From: Candidatus Doudnabacteria bacterium RIFCSPHIGHO2_01_FULL_46_14
GTDB taxonomy: Bacteria > Patescibacteriota > Doudnabacteria > UBA920 > 2-01-FULL-46-14
Length of the DNA: 64,000 bases
Direction of reading: 5' to 3'
NCBI GenBank assembly: GCA_001779925.1
Contig: MFEK01000007.1
Span: 4,108-68,107, forward strand
Below the pieces are notes generated by a model, which was given only the letters and a program-made list of their open reading frames with translations, was not told where the DNA came from and did no database searches. How positions within the stretch are numbered: position 1 is the first letter of the stretch; the number at the start of each line of letters is the position of its first letter. The translations under genes were made by a program, and so were the position numbers. This document shows, in pieces, positions 18,066 through 26,887 of this stretch.

Positions 18066-18150
18066 ATGTAAATATCAAAGATCAAAGTGACAGTGTAAAA
18101 TTTTAAAATTTTTAATTGTCATTTTCCATTTTGATTTTTCAATTTTAAAT
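18066..18150. repeat. AT-rich palindromic intergenic element, copy 1
   Basis: aatgtaaatatcaaa...tgacagtgtaaaattttaaaatttttaattgtcatttt; a second copy lies at 48400-48480. Confidence 0.7.
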
Positions 18151-18158
18151 TTACTCAA

Positions 18159-19151
18159 TTGCCCAAAATCACCAAAACCCAACGAGCAGAGCTTCATACC
18201 CATCTTGGCGCGGCTGTGGATCCGCCGATTCTCTGGTCAATCGCCCACCGCCAAGGCATCAAACTCCCAACAAAAAACTATTGGGATTTTGAAGACATGA
18301 TCACGATTGATCCAAACGAGAAAAACCGGAACGTAGGCGAGCTGGATAAAAATTTCTACCATTGGACCGAGCTTATTCAGTCTTCTCCCGAAGCCGTGGA
18401 AGAATCTGTGAAAAGCATTATCGGCGGCGGCTACCGTAAAAACAACCTGGTGCTTCAGGAGCTTCGGTTCAACCCTATGAAACGAAACCGCGGCGGTGAA
18501 CGCGATCTGGACCATATCATCATGTCCGCGATCTGGGGTCTAGACAAGGCTCTCCTCGAATACCCGCACGTGAAAGCCGGCATCATTCTGATGATGGGCC
18601 GCACCCTTACCTTAAAACAAAACGAGATCATTCTGCACAAAGCCATTAAATACAAAAATGAAGGCGTCATCGGTATCGATATTGCTGATCCTCAAGTCAA
18701 ATCATTCTCTATGAAAGAACACGCTAGACTTTTCCAAAAAGCCAAAGCAGCCGGCCTCGGTCTCACTATACACACTGGCGAAGAGGGCGATCTTGAGGAA
18801 ATGCGTTATGTGGTAAAAGAAATCAAGCCGCATCGAATCGGCCACGGCGTGATGGCTGCGCGCGACCCTCAACTCATGCGGGAAATTGCCAAAAATAAAA
18901 TCGTCTTGGAAATTTGCCCAACCTCAAATCTGCGCAACAGCGTAGTCAAAAACGTTGGGGAGCTCAAAAAAATAATCAGGGATCTAAAAAAACACAAAGT
19001 CCGATTTACCATCAACACAGACGGCCCGGAAATGTATCGTACCAATATTCATAAAGAACAAGAATTTCTGATTAAAAATAAAATCCTAAGCCCCAAAGAG
19101 GTGGCCCAGTGTACCAAATGGGCATTTGAAGCATCGTTCATAAAAAATTGA
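18159..19151 (+). CDS. add: Adenosine/adenine deaminase family protein
   Basis: ELHTHLGAAV, IHTGEEGD, TINTDGPEMY, the amidohydrolase metal-ligand pattern of adenosine deaminases. Confidence 0.7.
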   Translation: MPKITKTQRAELHTHLGAAVDPPILWSIAHRQGIKLPTKNYWDFEDMITIDPNEKNRNVGELDKNFYHWTELIQSSPEAVEESVKSIIGGGYRKNNLVLQELRFNPMKRNRGGERDLDHIIMSAIWGLDKALLEYPHVKAGIILMMGRTLTLKQNEIILHKAIKYKNEGVIGIDIADPQVKSFSMKEHARLFQKAKAAGLGLTIHTGEEGDLEEMRYVVKEIKPHRIGHGVMAARDPQLMREIAKNKIVLEICPTSNLRNSVVKNVGELKKIIRDLKKHKVRFTINTDGPEMYRTNIHKEQEFLIKNKILSPKEVAQCTKWAFEASFIKN

Positions 19152-19270
19152 TCTAATTGCTCTAATTTCTAATTGACTAAACAATGCCACAAATCCCAAT
19201 CCCCAATTAGACATTCGCTTTTTGGGTATTATTTAGAAATTAGGTTAATTAGAATAATTATAAATTCTTT

Positions 19271-20908
19271 ATGATTTACGTTCTTGATTTCGGTTCTCAA
19301 TACTCCCATCTCATTACTCGCCGCATACGCGAGCTCGGCGTACTTGCCGAATTGGTCGCGCCCAATATTTCTCTGGATAAACTGAAATCCGCAGACGGCA
19401 TTATCCTCTCCGGCGGACCGCAAAATCTTTCGGACAGCGACGCGCTCCGCGTGGACAAAAAAATCTTTAACCTAGGCGTTCCTATCCTTGGCATCTGCTA
19501 TGGCATGCAGCTGACGGCTTACGAGCTGGGCGGCCGCGTGAAGGCGGGTAAAAAACGCGAATACGGGCCGACTGACATTAAAATAATAAAACCCGGCAAA
19601 CTGTTTGCTGGACTCAAGCCAAACCAGCGAACCTGGATGTCACACGGAGACCAGGTGGTCAGACTGCCGAAAGGATTCACAAAAATTGCCGGCTCAGTAA
19701 ACTGTCCGATCGCGGCTATGTCCAACCAGGCAAAAAACATCTACTGCCTGCAATTTCATCCTGAGGTCATCCATACCGAGAATGGGAAAAAAATCCTGGA
19801 AAATTTTATAAAAATCACGGGAGCGGCCAGAACCTGGTCAATGAAAGATTTTATTGCTAAAGAAATCGACAAAGTAAAAAAACAAATTGGCAGAGATAAA
19901 GCGATCTGCGCGCTGTCCGGCGGCGTGGATAGCGCAGTGGCTGCAAAAATAGTTTCCAAGGCTATCGGCAAAAATCTCATTTGTATTTACGTGGACACTG
20001 GCCTCATGCGCCTTGGCGAAACCGCGCAGATCAAAAAGTCATTCAAAAACCTCAGAGTCGTTAATGCCGAGAAAGAATTTCTTGCCAAGCTCAAAGGCGT
20101 CACTGACCCAGAAAAAAAGCGTAAAACTATTGGCGAGCTGTTTATTCGGATTTTTGAACGCGAGGCAAGGAAATTGTCACCCCCACCTAGCCTCCCCCCT
20201 CGAGCCTACCCCAAAAGCGAGTACGCTTTCGGGGGACCCCGGCAAGGGGGAGGAAAAAGAAACAAATTCCCCTCCCTTACTGTGCCCGCCGTAGCTTCAC
20301 GCGAAGGCTGGGAGGGGAGGGTGAAATTTCTTGTCCAGGGCACGCTGTATACTGACGCGGTAAGCTCTGGCGTATCAATTGGAAAAACGGCTGCAGTCAT
20401 CAAATCGCATCACAATGTCGGCGGTCTTCCTAAAAAACTGGGGTTCAAACTCATCGAGCCGCTCCGTGATTTGTACAAATACGAGGTCAGAAAACTCGGC
20501 CGCGAGCTCGGCCTTCCCAAATCGATTTATAACCGCCAGCCCTTCCCCGGTCCCGGGCTCGGCGTCCGAGTGATCGGCGAGGTCACAGAAGAAAAACTGG
20601 AACTCCTGAAAAAAGCAGACGCTATTGTCTGCGAGGTAATTGAGAAATCCAAAATCGCCGTTGATCAATATTTTGCCGTACTGCCAGATATTCGGTCAGT
20701 CGGGGTTCAGGGTGATTTTCGCACCTATGGCTGGCCAATCATTATCCGCGCGCTGAATACCGCTGACTACCTCACGGTCCACTGGGCAAAAATTCCCCAT
20801 CCGATTCTGGAAAAAATCTCCACCCGCATCACCAACGAGGTTCGCGGCATAAACCGTGTGGTTTACGATATCACCTCCAAACCCCCTGCCACGGTGGAGT
20901 GGGAATAA
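19271..20908 (+). CDS. guaA: GMP synthase (glutamine-hydrolysing) carrying a ~150-nt in-frame repeat insertion
   Basis: Class I GATase N-terminus (GICYGMQL), PP-loop SGGVDSAV, C-terminal KPPATVEWE. A 48-50 aa insertion lies between REARKLS and KFLVQGTLY relative to canonical GuaA. Confidence 0.9.
   Translation: MIYVLDFGSQYSHLITRRIRELGVLAELVAPNISLDKLKSADGIILSGGPQNLSDSDALRVDKKIFNLGVPILGICYGMQLTAYELGGRVKAGKKREYGPTDIKIIKPGKLFAGLKPNQRTWMSHGDQVVRLPKGFTKIAGSVNCPIAAMSNQAKNIYCLQFHPEVIHTENGKKILENFIKITGAARTWSMKDFIAKEIDKVKKQIGRDKAICALSGGVDSAVAAKIVSKAIGKNLICIYVDTGLMRLGETAQIKKSFKNLRVVNAEKEFLAKLKGVTDPEKKRKTIGELFIRIFEREARKLSPPPSLPPRAYPKSEYAFGGPRQGGGKRNKFPSLTVPAVASREGWEGRVKFLVQGTLYTDAVSSGVSIGKTAAVIKSHHNVGGLPKKLGFKLIEPLRDLYKYEVRKLGRELGLPKSIYNRQPFPGPGLGVRVIGEVTEEKLELLKKADAIVCEVIEKSKIAVDQYFAVLPDIRSVGVQGDFRTYGWPIIIRALNTADYLTVHWAKIPHPILEKISTRITNEVRGINRVVYDITSKPPATVEWE
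20176..20325. repeat. GC-rich composite palindromic element (family A) inserted in frame in guaA
   Basis: cacccccacctagcctcccccctcgagcctaccccaaaagcgagtacgctttcgggggaccccggcaagggggaggaa...ccgccgtagcttcacgcgaaggctgggaggggagggtgaaa; near-identical to the intergenic copy at 50675-50755. Confidence 0.85.
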
Positions 20909-20960
20909 ACACTGTGCGGTGTTAGCGTACTAGTATGCTAACACTGTCTACTGAAATGCG

Positions 20961-20987
20961 ACCGCCTTGATACAAAGGCGGTTTTTT
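20961..20987 (+). terminator. Rho-independent terminator of guaA
   Basis: accgccttgatacaaaggcggtttttt. Confidence 0.7.
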
Positions 20988-21046
20988 GATAAATTTAGCT
21001 ATTGTTCCTACCAAATTTGCAATGATCTTTTTCAGGAGGACTGTAA

Positions 21047-22500
21047 TGACAAATAAAGAAAAGTTTCTACACGAGGCCCGGGAAGCTCAAGTTCTAGGAA
21101 TGGTTGGCGGCGCCGGAGGCGATGAATCGAAGGGACTCTGGACAGCCAGGGTCATGGATGGGTTCGACGCGGTAGCGCGGTGGGGAGGCGGTCAAAATGC
21201 CGGCCATTCTTACGGAGATTTCTCTCTGCATCTCATTCCCATGGGTGCGGTGAAGGGAATCCCCGGCTACATCGGGCAAGGATGCTTGGTCAATGCCGTC
21301 GGCGCGATTCAAGAATTGGCCGGAATCAACGCTCGGTTCGGAATAATGCCTCAACTGCGCATTGACCGAAACTGCCCGCTGTGGACGCCTTATCATCGGT
21401 ATTTAGAAATCTACATTGAAAAAATCAAGGATACCAATGCCACCGGCTCAACCGGCCAGGCAATCGGGCCCATGGCGGCATTAGATCTTCTCAGGACCAG
21501 TGTCCGAACAGGGATGCTGCTCCGGCCAGATCTGCTCCGAGACGGGATAGAAGAGAGCTACGACATCTTGCAGCCCATTTTCTTTCAGATGCAAGATCTA
21601 AAGTGGCTGGGAGAGGTAGAACATCCTGAGAAAGTCTGGACGACTTTGCTCCATGAATCCTCAGCCTTGCATCCTTTCATCACCGATGTCGGATTTGAAC
21701 TGAGAGAATTGCTGAAAAATGGAAAGCGGATCGTTGCAGAAGGTCACCAGGGCACAATGCTCGATCCGAAATTCGGCACATGGCCATTCGTTACCGCTAC
21801 ACCATGTACTGCCCACAGTATCAGCTATGGACTCGGCCTGCCGCCAAATATCCGCCAGCAAGTACTGCTCGTTACCAAAACCATGCCGACAAGAGTTGGC
21901 GCCGGTCCGTTCCCTTCGGAAATTTGGGACCGGGAATCGGCGAAAAACTTTCCCACTCTTCATCCCGAGCTTTTTCGGGACGGAGAGCCGCGCACCACTT
22001 TTCTGGAAAGTATTCGGAGAAAGATGAACGCCGAAATGTCGACAGATGCGGCAACCGCAGCGGAAATTTCCCAATATTTTCAGGTTCTGGCCAAGGAATT
22101 CGGCAGAACCACAGGTCGCGGCCGCAGTGTTGGCTATTTCGATGTCCCATGGCACCGCTATTCCATCATCATCAATGATGCCAAATGGGTGGCCCTCAGT
22201 CTTCTCGACGTGCTGTCAGGTCTGAAACGAATCCGGTACGTCAAGGAGTATTGGGTTGACGGGAAACGCCTCAAAGACGGCGAGGTTCCAGCATCTTGGA
22301 CTTCAAAACTGCAGGCGTACGCCGCCGACATCGACTGGGACTGCTGGCCAGAGAATATCTACAGCTGTAATTCCTGGGGAGAGTTGCCAGATGGAGCTAA
22401 AAAGTATGTAGAAAGGCTCCAGGAAGCTCTCGGCACCCCAATTCTTGCGACCAGCACGGGTCCAGAGGAAGATTCCTGGATGATGGTCAATATCGGCTAG
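21047..22500 (+). CDS. purA: Adenylosuccinate synthetase-like protein (divergent, extended)
   Basis: GGAGGDESKG P-loop analogue, RWGGGQNAGHS, LHLIPMG, matching PurA GDEGKGK / QGGHNAGHT / LHLIPSG. Confidence 0.6.
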
Positions 22501-22509
22501 AAACTTGGC

Positions 22510-22556
22510 TCCCTCGAAAATTGCGTTTTAGGCGCAGTTCGAGGGAGTTGTTTTTT
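22510..22556. terminator. Bidirectional terminator hairpin
   Basis: ctccctcgaaaattgcgttttaggcgcagttcgagggag followed by a T-run. Confidence 0.65.
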
Positions 22557-23289
22557 ATTTCTTTTCGGCTTTTTCTTCGGCTTTTGTTTCTTTCTTTTCC
22601 GCTTTTTCCGCCTTGACGGATTCGGCAGAGACGCCTTCGCCTTCAACAACAGCTTCTGGTACTTTCGTAAGAGCCTCTACCGCGGCTTTTTCCGCCTCAG
22701 CAGTCGGCTGTTCGAGAGAAGCAAGTTCTTCTTCGGAACGCGGCGCCTGCACAGAGACAATCATGTCATCCGGATTGCCTAAAATTTTCACTTTATCGGA
22801 AACCTTCACGTCAGCAAGCCGGATCGTATTTTCAAAAGTTTTTAAACCCGTCAGATCAATCTCAATCTTGTGCGGCAGATCCGCAGGCAAAGCCTCTACC
22901 TCAATCTCATTGGCGACTTTGAGCAGAATCCCGCCGAGCTCTTTGACTGCCGGGGCGATGCCAATAAATTCCAACGGCACCTTGGCATGCGTTTTCTTCG
23001 TCAAATCCACCTCATAAAAATCCACGTGAATCGCTTCATCGCGCATAAAGTGCTTGGCCACGTCGTGAATCAGAACCTTGGTTTCCGTCTTGCCGTCGAT
23101 TTTCAGATTGACCAGGGTATTTTCTCCGGCTTTCCGGTAGATTTTATCAAATGCCTTGGAAGCAATCTGAAGATGCACTGATTCTTTTCCCGAACCGTAA
23201 AGAACGGCCGGGAGAATGCCCTGCTTGCGAAGTTTGATATTTTGTTTGCCCAGAACAGTGCGTGCCTGAGCTTCAATAACTAGTTCCAT
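22555..23289 (-). CDS. rplY: 50S ribosomal protein L25/general stress protein Ctc with acidic/Lys-rich C-terminal tail
   Basis: MELVIEAQARTVLGKQNIKLRKQGILPAVLYG..., the L25 fold signature. Confidence 0.8.
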   Translation of the reverse strand: MELVIEAQARTVLGKQNIKLRKQGILPAVLYGSGKESVHLQIASKAFDKIYRKAGENTLVNLKIDGKTETKVLIHDVAKHFMRDEAIHVDFYEVDLTKKTHAKVPLEFIGIAPAVKELGGILLKVANEIEVEALPADLPHKIEIDLTGLKTFENTIRLADVKVSDKVKILGNPDDMIVSVQAPRSEEELASLEQPTAEAEKAAVEALTKVPEAVVEGEGVSAESVKAEKAEKKETKAEEKAEKK

Positions 23290-23293
23290 AAGC

Positions 23294-23440
23294 TTTACGA
23301 ATTACTAATGAGTACGAATATACGAATTCGTACATTCGTAATTGATTCGTTATTCGTAAAACAAATAATAGCAAATAAAAAACCCGCAGTCAAGGGGCGG
23401 ATTTGTAAATTCGTATTGATTAGTAATTCGCAGGGATCAG
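23294..23440. repeat. TACGAAT-heptamer palindromic element (family B), empty copy plus partial extra arm
   Basis: ttacgaattactaatgagtacgaatatacgaattcgtacattcgtaattgattcgttattcgtaaa; arms are reverse complements of each other. Confidence 0.8.
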
Positions 23441-23793
23441 CGTATTACCCCGGCAAAATTGCCATCGAATGTTTCCAGAAAATTGTGAAATTCCATAACT
23501 TCGTCCACGGTAATCTGGTCAGCGTCGCGGAACCGGGCCGCATCAGCGCTCGTCAGGTCTGTAACCATGCCCACCGAGAAAATTTCCGGTCCATCCATGG
23601 AAATGCTAAATACCACCGAGCTTTTGCAGCGCTCACAATCTGTATGAACCAGCATGGATGATTCCTCGGTTTTCTCCATGCCCTTGGTTTCAATGACATT
23701 AGTATTTTCCGCATTATATTTGGCCGCACAAATCGGGCAGTGAAGCACCAGCGCCAAGAGTTCTATCATTTTTTGGATATTTGTTTCCCGCAT
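23437..23793 (-). CDS. Hypothetical Zn-ribbon protein
   Basis: CPIC...CERC cysteine pairs in 118 aa. Confidence 0.35.
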   Translation of the reverse strand: MRETNIQKMIELLALVLHCPICAAKYNAENTNVIETKGMEKTEESSMLVHTDCERCKSSVVFSISMDGPEIFSVGMVTDLTSADAARFRDADQITVDEVMEFHNFLETFDGNFAGVIR

Positions 23794-24076
23794 TTCCTCA
23801 AAATTCTCTATTCTCTCTCCTTGTTCCTATTATACACCAAAAATACCTCTTTGACAAGCTCTCATGGTTAAAAAAAAATCGGCAGAGATCTCTCGTGAAA
23901 AGAGACCCCCTGCCGATTGTGCTTAACCGGTTGGGACTACTTGCACCCGATTTTTGAGCAGACGTTCGCTGCCCCCAGCAACTACCTCTGATTTTTGTGC
24001 ATGTGCGGTTTACGCTTCTTGCGTCTGCCGTTTTTAGGCTGATGAATGGTTGCGGTCGGATCGAAAGGCTTTGCCC

Positions 24077-24484
24077 TTAGAATTTTTGCAGAAATTGGGC
24101 GGGGGTGAGGATTTTTATGCCCCGAAAAATTTTCAAGTTCAAAAGTTCCAGGTCGCCGGTAACGATAAAATCGCAGCGACCTTCCGCTGCTGCTTCCAGT
24201 ACCCGATTGTCGTCTTCGTCCCGCAGTTCCCTCAGAATAAAGCTCGGGTGAACAAATTGAAATGCCTGCTTTATTTCAGATTCAGTTTGGATCAGACGCT
24301 CGTTTGAGAATTTGAATTTCTTTGCAAAAACATCCAAAACTTCTGCGAGCAGGATAGGAGATGTGATCGCTATGAAACGGCTCTCGATGAGCAAATCAAT
24401 TATCTGCTGTGGTTTGCCGCCGTAAAGAAACGCGGAAATGAGAATATTGGAATCAAGAACGGCCTTGACTTTGCCGTTTACCAT
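24077..24484 (-). CDS. vapC: PIN-domain toxin (VapC-like)
   Basis: VLDSNILISA (acidic D in PIN motif 1), ...TGD.. near the C-terminus, 135 aa. Confidence 0.7.
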   Translation of the reverse strand: MVNGKVKAVLDSNILISAFLYGGKPQQIIDLLIESRFIAITSPILLAEVLDVFAKKFKFSNERLIQTESEIKQAFQFVHPSFILRELRDEDDNRVLEAAAEGRCDFIVTGDLELLNLKIFRGIKILTPAQFLQKF

Positions 24485-24718
24485 GTCGATATTCGTAAAC
24501 TATCCGGTTTACATCTTCCTCGCTTTTAATCCCCATTTTCCGCCCGATTTTTTGGCCATAGGCGAACAGGTCTGCCCATTTTTCTTTCTGAGCCAAATAA
24601 ACCCGGACTGCTTCACGAATAAATTCACTGCGATTTTGATACTCGCGCTTAGCTGTTTGATCTATTTTCCTCACCAGCTGATCTGGCAAAGCAATATTGA
24701 AAGTTTTAGTCTTCACCC
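24453..24718 (-). CDS. vapB: Ribbon-helix-helix (CopG/RHH) antitoxin, overlapping vapC start
   Basis: FNIALPDQLVRKIDQTAKREYQNRSEFIREAVRVYL, an RHH beta-strand/helix pattern; GTG start; 32-nt overlap with the toxin gene. Confidence 0.6.
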
Positions 24719-24832
24719 CGTTTTAGAAATAAATAATTAATCGCTCAACCCCACTGAAACACCATGCGTTTCTAACGGGATTCATATACATATATTGTAT
24801 ATGATACATACATAATTGTCAAGCCCACTCAC

Positions 24833-25933
24833 CTAAAATCTTACAGGCGTGGAATGGATCGACAGGCTTTGCACAAGACCCACGAGTATGAAGGTTATGA
24901 CGAGCGAGGAACCGCCGTAGCTGAGGAACGGCAGAGTGATGCCGGTGACCGGCAAAAGCCCCAAGTTCATGCCAACGTTAACCGAGATCTGGGTGAGGAA
25001 CAAAAAAAACACGCCTGCGGCCAGGTAATTTCCGAAGCTGTCCGAGCTACGCTTCATCAGGCGCAATATTCGAAACAAAATCACCCCGAAAAATAGCAAA
25101 ACGAGAAGGCCGCCGAGAAGACCGAGTTCTTCTACGGTGGAGGCAAAAATAAAATCAGTCTGGCGCTCGGGCAGGAACTTGAGCTGGCTTTGCAGGCCGC
25201 GCGCCAATCCCCGTCCAAAAACACCGCCCGAACCAACCGCGACCATGGACTGGATCACATTGTATCCCCTGCCTAAAGGGTCTGCGGTCGGATCAATAAA
25301 AGTATGCAGACGGTCTTTCTGATAATCATGAAGGACAAACTGCCAGGAGGCCGCGGACGCGACCAAAAAAATCAAAAGCAAATATAAAAAAAATCGCTTG
25401 GGAATGCTTACCACAAGAAGCACCCCGCCCCAAATGCCCAGATGCACTATCGCGGATCCCAGATCAGACTGAAGCATGATAAGTCCTACCGGAATTGCTG
25501 CATATACAAACGACCAGGCAACGTAACGGAATTTGCGCAAGAAGGACTCTTTTCCTTGAAAATATTTTGCCAGAATAATGATGAGTGCCAGTTTGGACAG
25601 TTCCGCGGGCTGGAAATTTATCGGCCCAAGGGAAAACCAGCGCCGCGATCCGCGGATGTCTTGCCCAACCAGCAGAACGCCGACGAGTAGGAGGAGTGAA
25701 AAAATATAAATCCAGGAACTGGTTTTTCGAAAAAAACGGTAATCAAGGGAGCTGAAAAAAAACATGCCCGCAAGGCCGATGACAAGCGCAGCGATCTGCC
25801 GCATCCAAAGCGAGGATTCCGTCCGCCCGGCAAATCCCGTGGAATAAATCATCATAATCCCCACTGCGGAAAGCGCTAGCGCCGATGCAAAAAAAATCCA
25901 GTCAAAATTTTTAAACCCTTTTTCCCAAATCAT
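24833..25933 (-). CDS. SEDS-family peptidoglycan glycosyltransferase (FtsW/RodA)
   Basis: 10 TM helices, conserved GLQSQLKFLPE...DFIFA and LPVTGITLPFLSYGGSS motifs. Confidence 0.85.
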   Translation of the reverse strand: MIWEKGFKNFDWIFFASALALSAVGIMMIYSTGFAGRTESSLWMRQIAALVIGLAGMFFFSSLDYRFFRKTSSWIYIFSLLLLVGVLLVGQDIRGSRRWFSLGPINFQPAELSKLALIIILAKYFQGKESFLRKFRYVAWSFVYAAIPVGLIMLQSDLGSAIVHLGIWGGVLLVVSIPKRFFLYLLLIFLVASAASWQFVLHDYQKDRLHTFIDPTADPLGRGYNVIQSMVAVGSGGVFGRGLARGLQSQLKFLPERQTDFIFASTVEELGLLGGLLVLLFFGVILFRILRLMKRSSDSFGNYLAAGVFFLFLTQISVNVGMNLGLLPVTGITLPFLSYGGSSLVITFILVGLVQSLSIHSTPVRF

Positions 25934-26760
25934 CGCCAGCCGGGATCAAGCGGATTGACGTCAGCCATGACCTCGATTTGCCCCACAGCTGAGGGAAAAA
26001 GCTCGCTGCGGGGAACCGGCCAGAAAACCTTGGAATACCGGCTTTCAAAAGGCTGAAGATCATCAAGAACTGTTTGATTGACGGCCAGGACTGTTTTATT
26101 GTCGCTTGCGAAAACTACAACCGGCACCGTTACCCGCTTGACGCTAAACGAATTGGAATTTTTGACGAGCGCTTCCACAAAAAATTTTCCATCGCTGTCT
26201 CCTGATTGTTTTTGCAAAATATCAAACTGCGGTTTGAAATCAGTAACAGCGCGCGTCCATTTCACATCTTTGATCGTAAACAGAGCCTCGATCGGTGTTT
26301 CCGCAAGGGCAACCGCCGGCACGACGATGAATTTACTCGCTCCTCTGAGAAGGAAACTACTGCCTGAAACTGTATTCAACACAACCCCGTTTTTGTTTTT
26401 AAAAACAAACTCATAATCAAAGCTTCTAGCGGATAGATCAGCATTCGGGTTAAACACTCGCGCGTAAACCGAAAAAAAATCCGACGTTCCTACGGGGAAA
26501 AAATCTCTGCCGGCGATTTTTAAATCTTGCGGATGTACAGGATTTGAACTGACTGGAATAATCGGAAGATTGGCAATGAAAGATCTGGCCAACTGCTTTC
26601 TCAAAATAATCCCTGCCGGAATGCTTAAAATAATAACAGCAATCAAAACATAATACCAAATTTTTGAGGTTGACTGAAACTGCTGGTAGAGATCCATCAA
26701 AAAAGCTTTTTCTTTGAACTGGAAATCTTCTTTCTCCGGCAGTTTTGGGATGTTTATCAT
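25930..26760 (-). CDS. Hypothetical membrane-anchored protein, translationally coupled to the SEDS gene
   Basis: 276 aa with N-terminal TM; 4-nt overlap with the downstream gene. Confidence 0.4.
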   Translation of the reverse strand: MINIPKLPEKEDFQFKEKAFLMDLYQQFQSTSKIWYYVLIAVIILSIPAGIILRKQLARSFIANLPIIPVSSNPVHPQDLKIAGRDFFPVGTSDFFSVYARVFNPNADLSARSFDYEFVFKNKNGVVLNTVSGSSFLLRGASKFIVVPAVALAETPIEALFTIKDVKWTRAVTDFKPQFDILQKQSGDSDGKFFVEALVKNSNSFSVKRVTVPVVVFASDNKTVLAVNQTVLDDLQPFESRYSKVFWPVPRSELFPSAVGQIEVMADVNPLDPGWR

Positions 26761-26799
26761 GAGGTTATCGTATGCTCCTAAATAGATTATAATATAATT

Positions 26800-26886
26800 A
26801 GCTACGAACTACGAATTTTTTACGAAAATACGAAAAAGAACTGATTTGTTCGTAATTTCGTAGCCTTATTTCGTAATTTCGTAGCC
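26800..26886. repeat. TACGAAT-heptamer palindromic element (family B), empty copy directly upstream of dnaE
   Basis: gctacgaactacgaattttttacgaaaatacgaaaaa...gttcgtaatttcgtagcc (right arm duplicated). Confidence 0.8.
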
Positions 26887-26887
26887 T

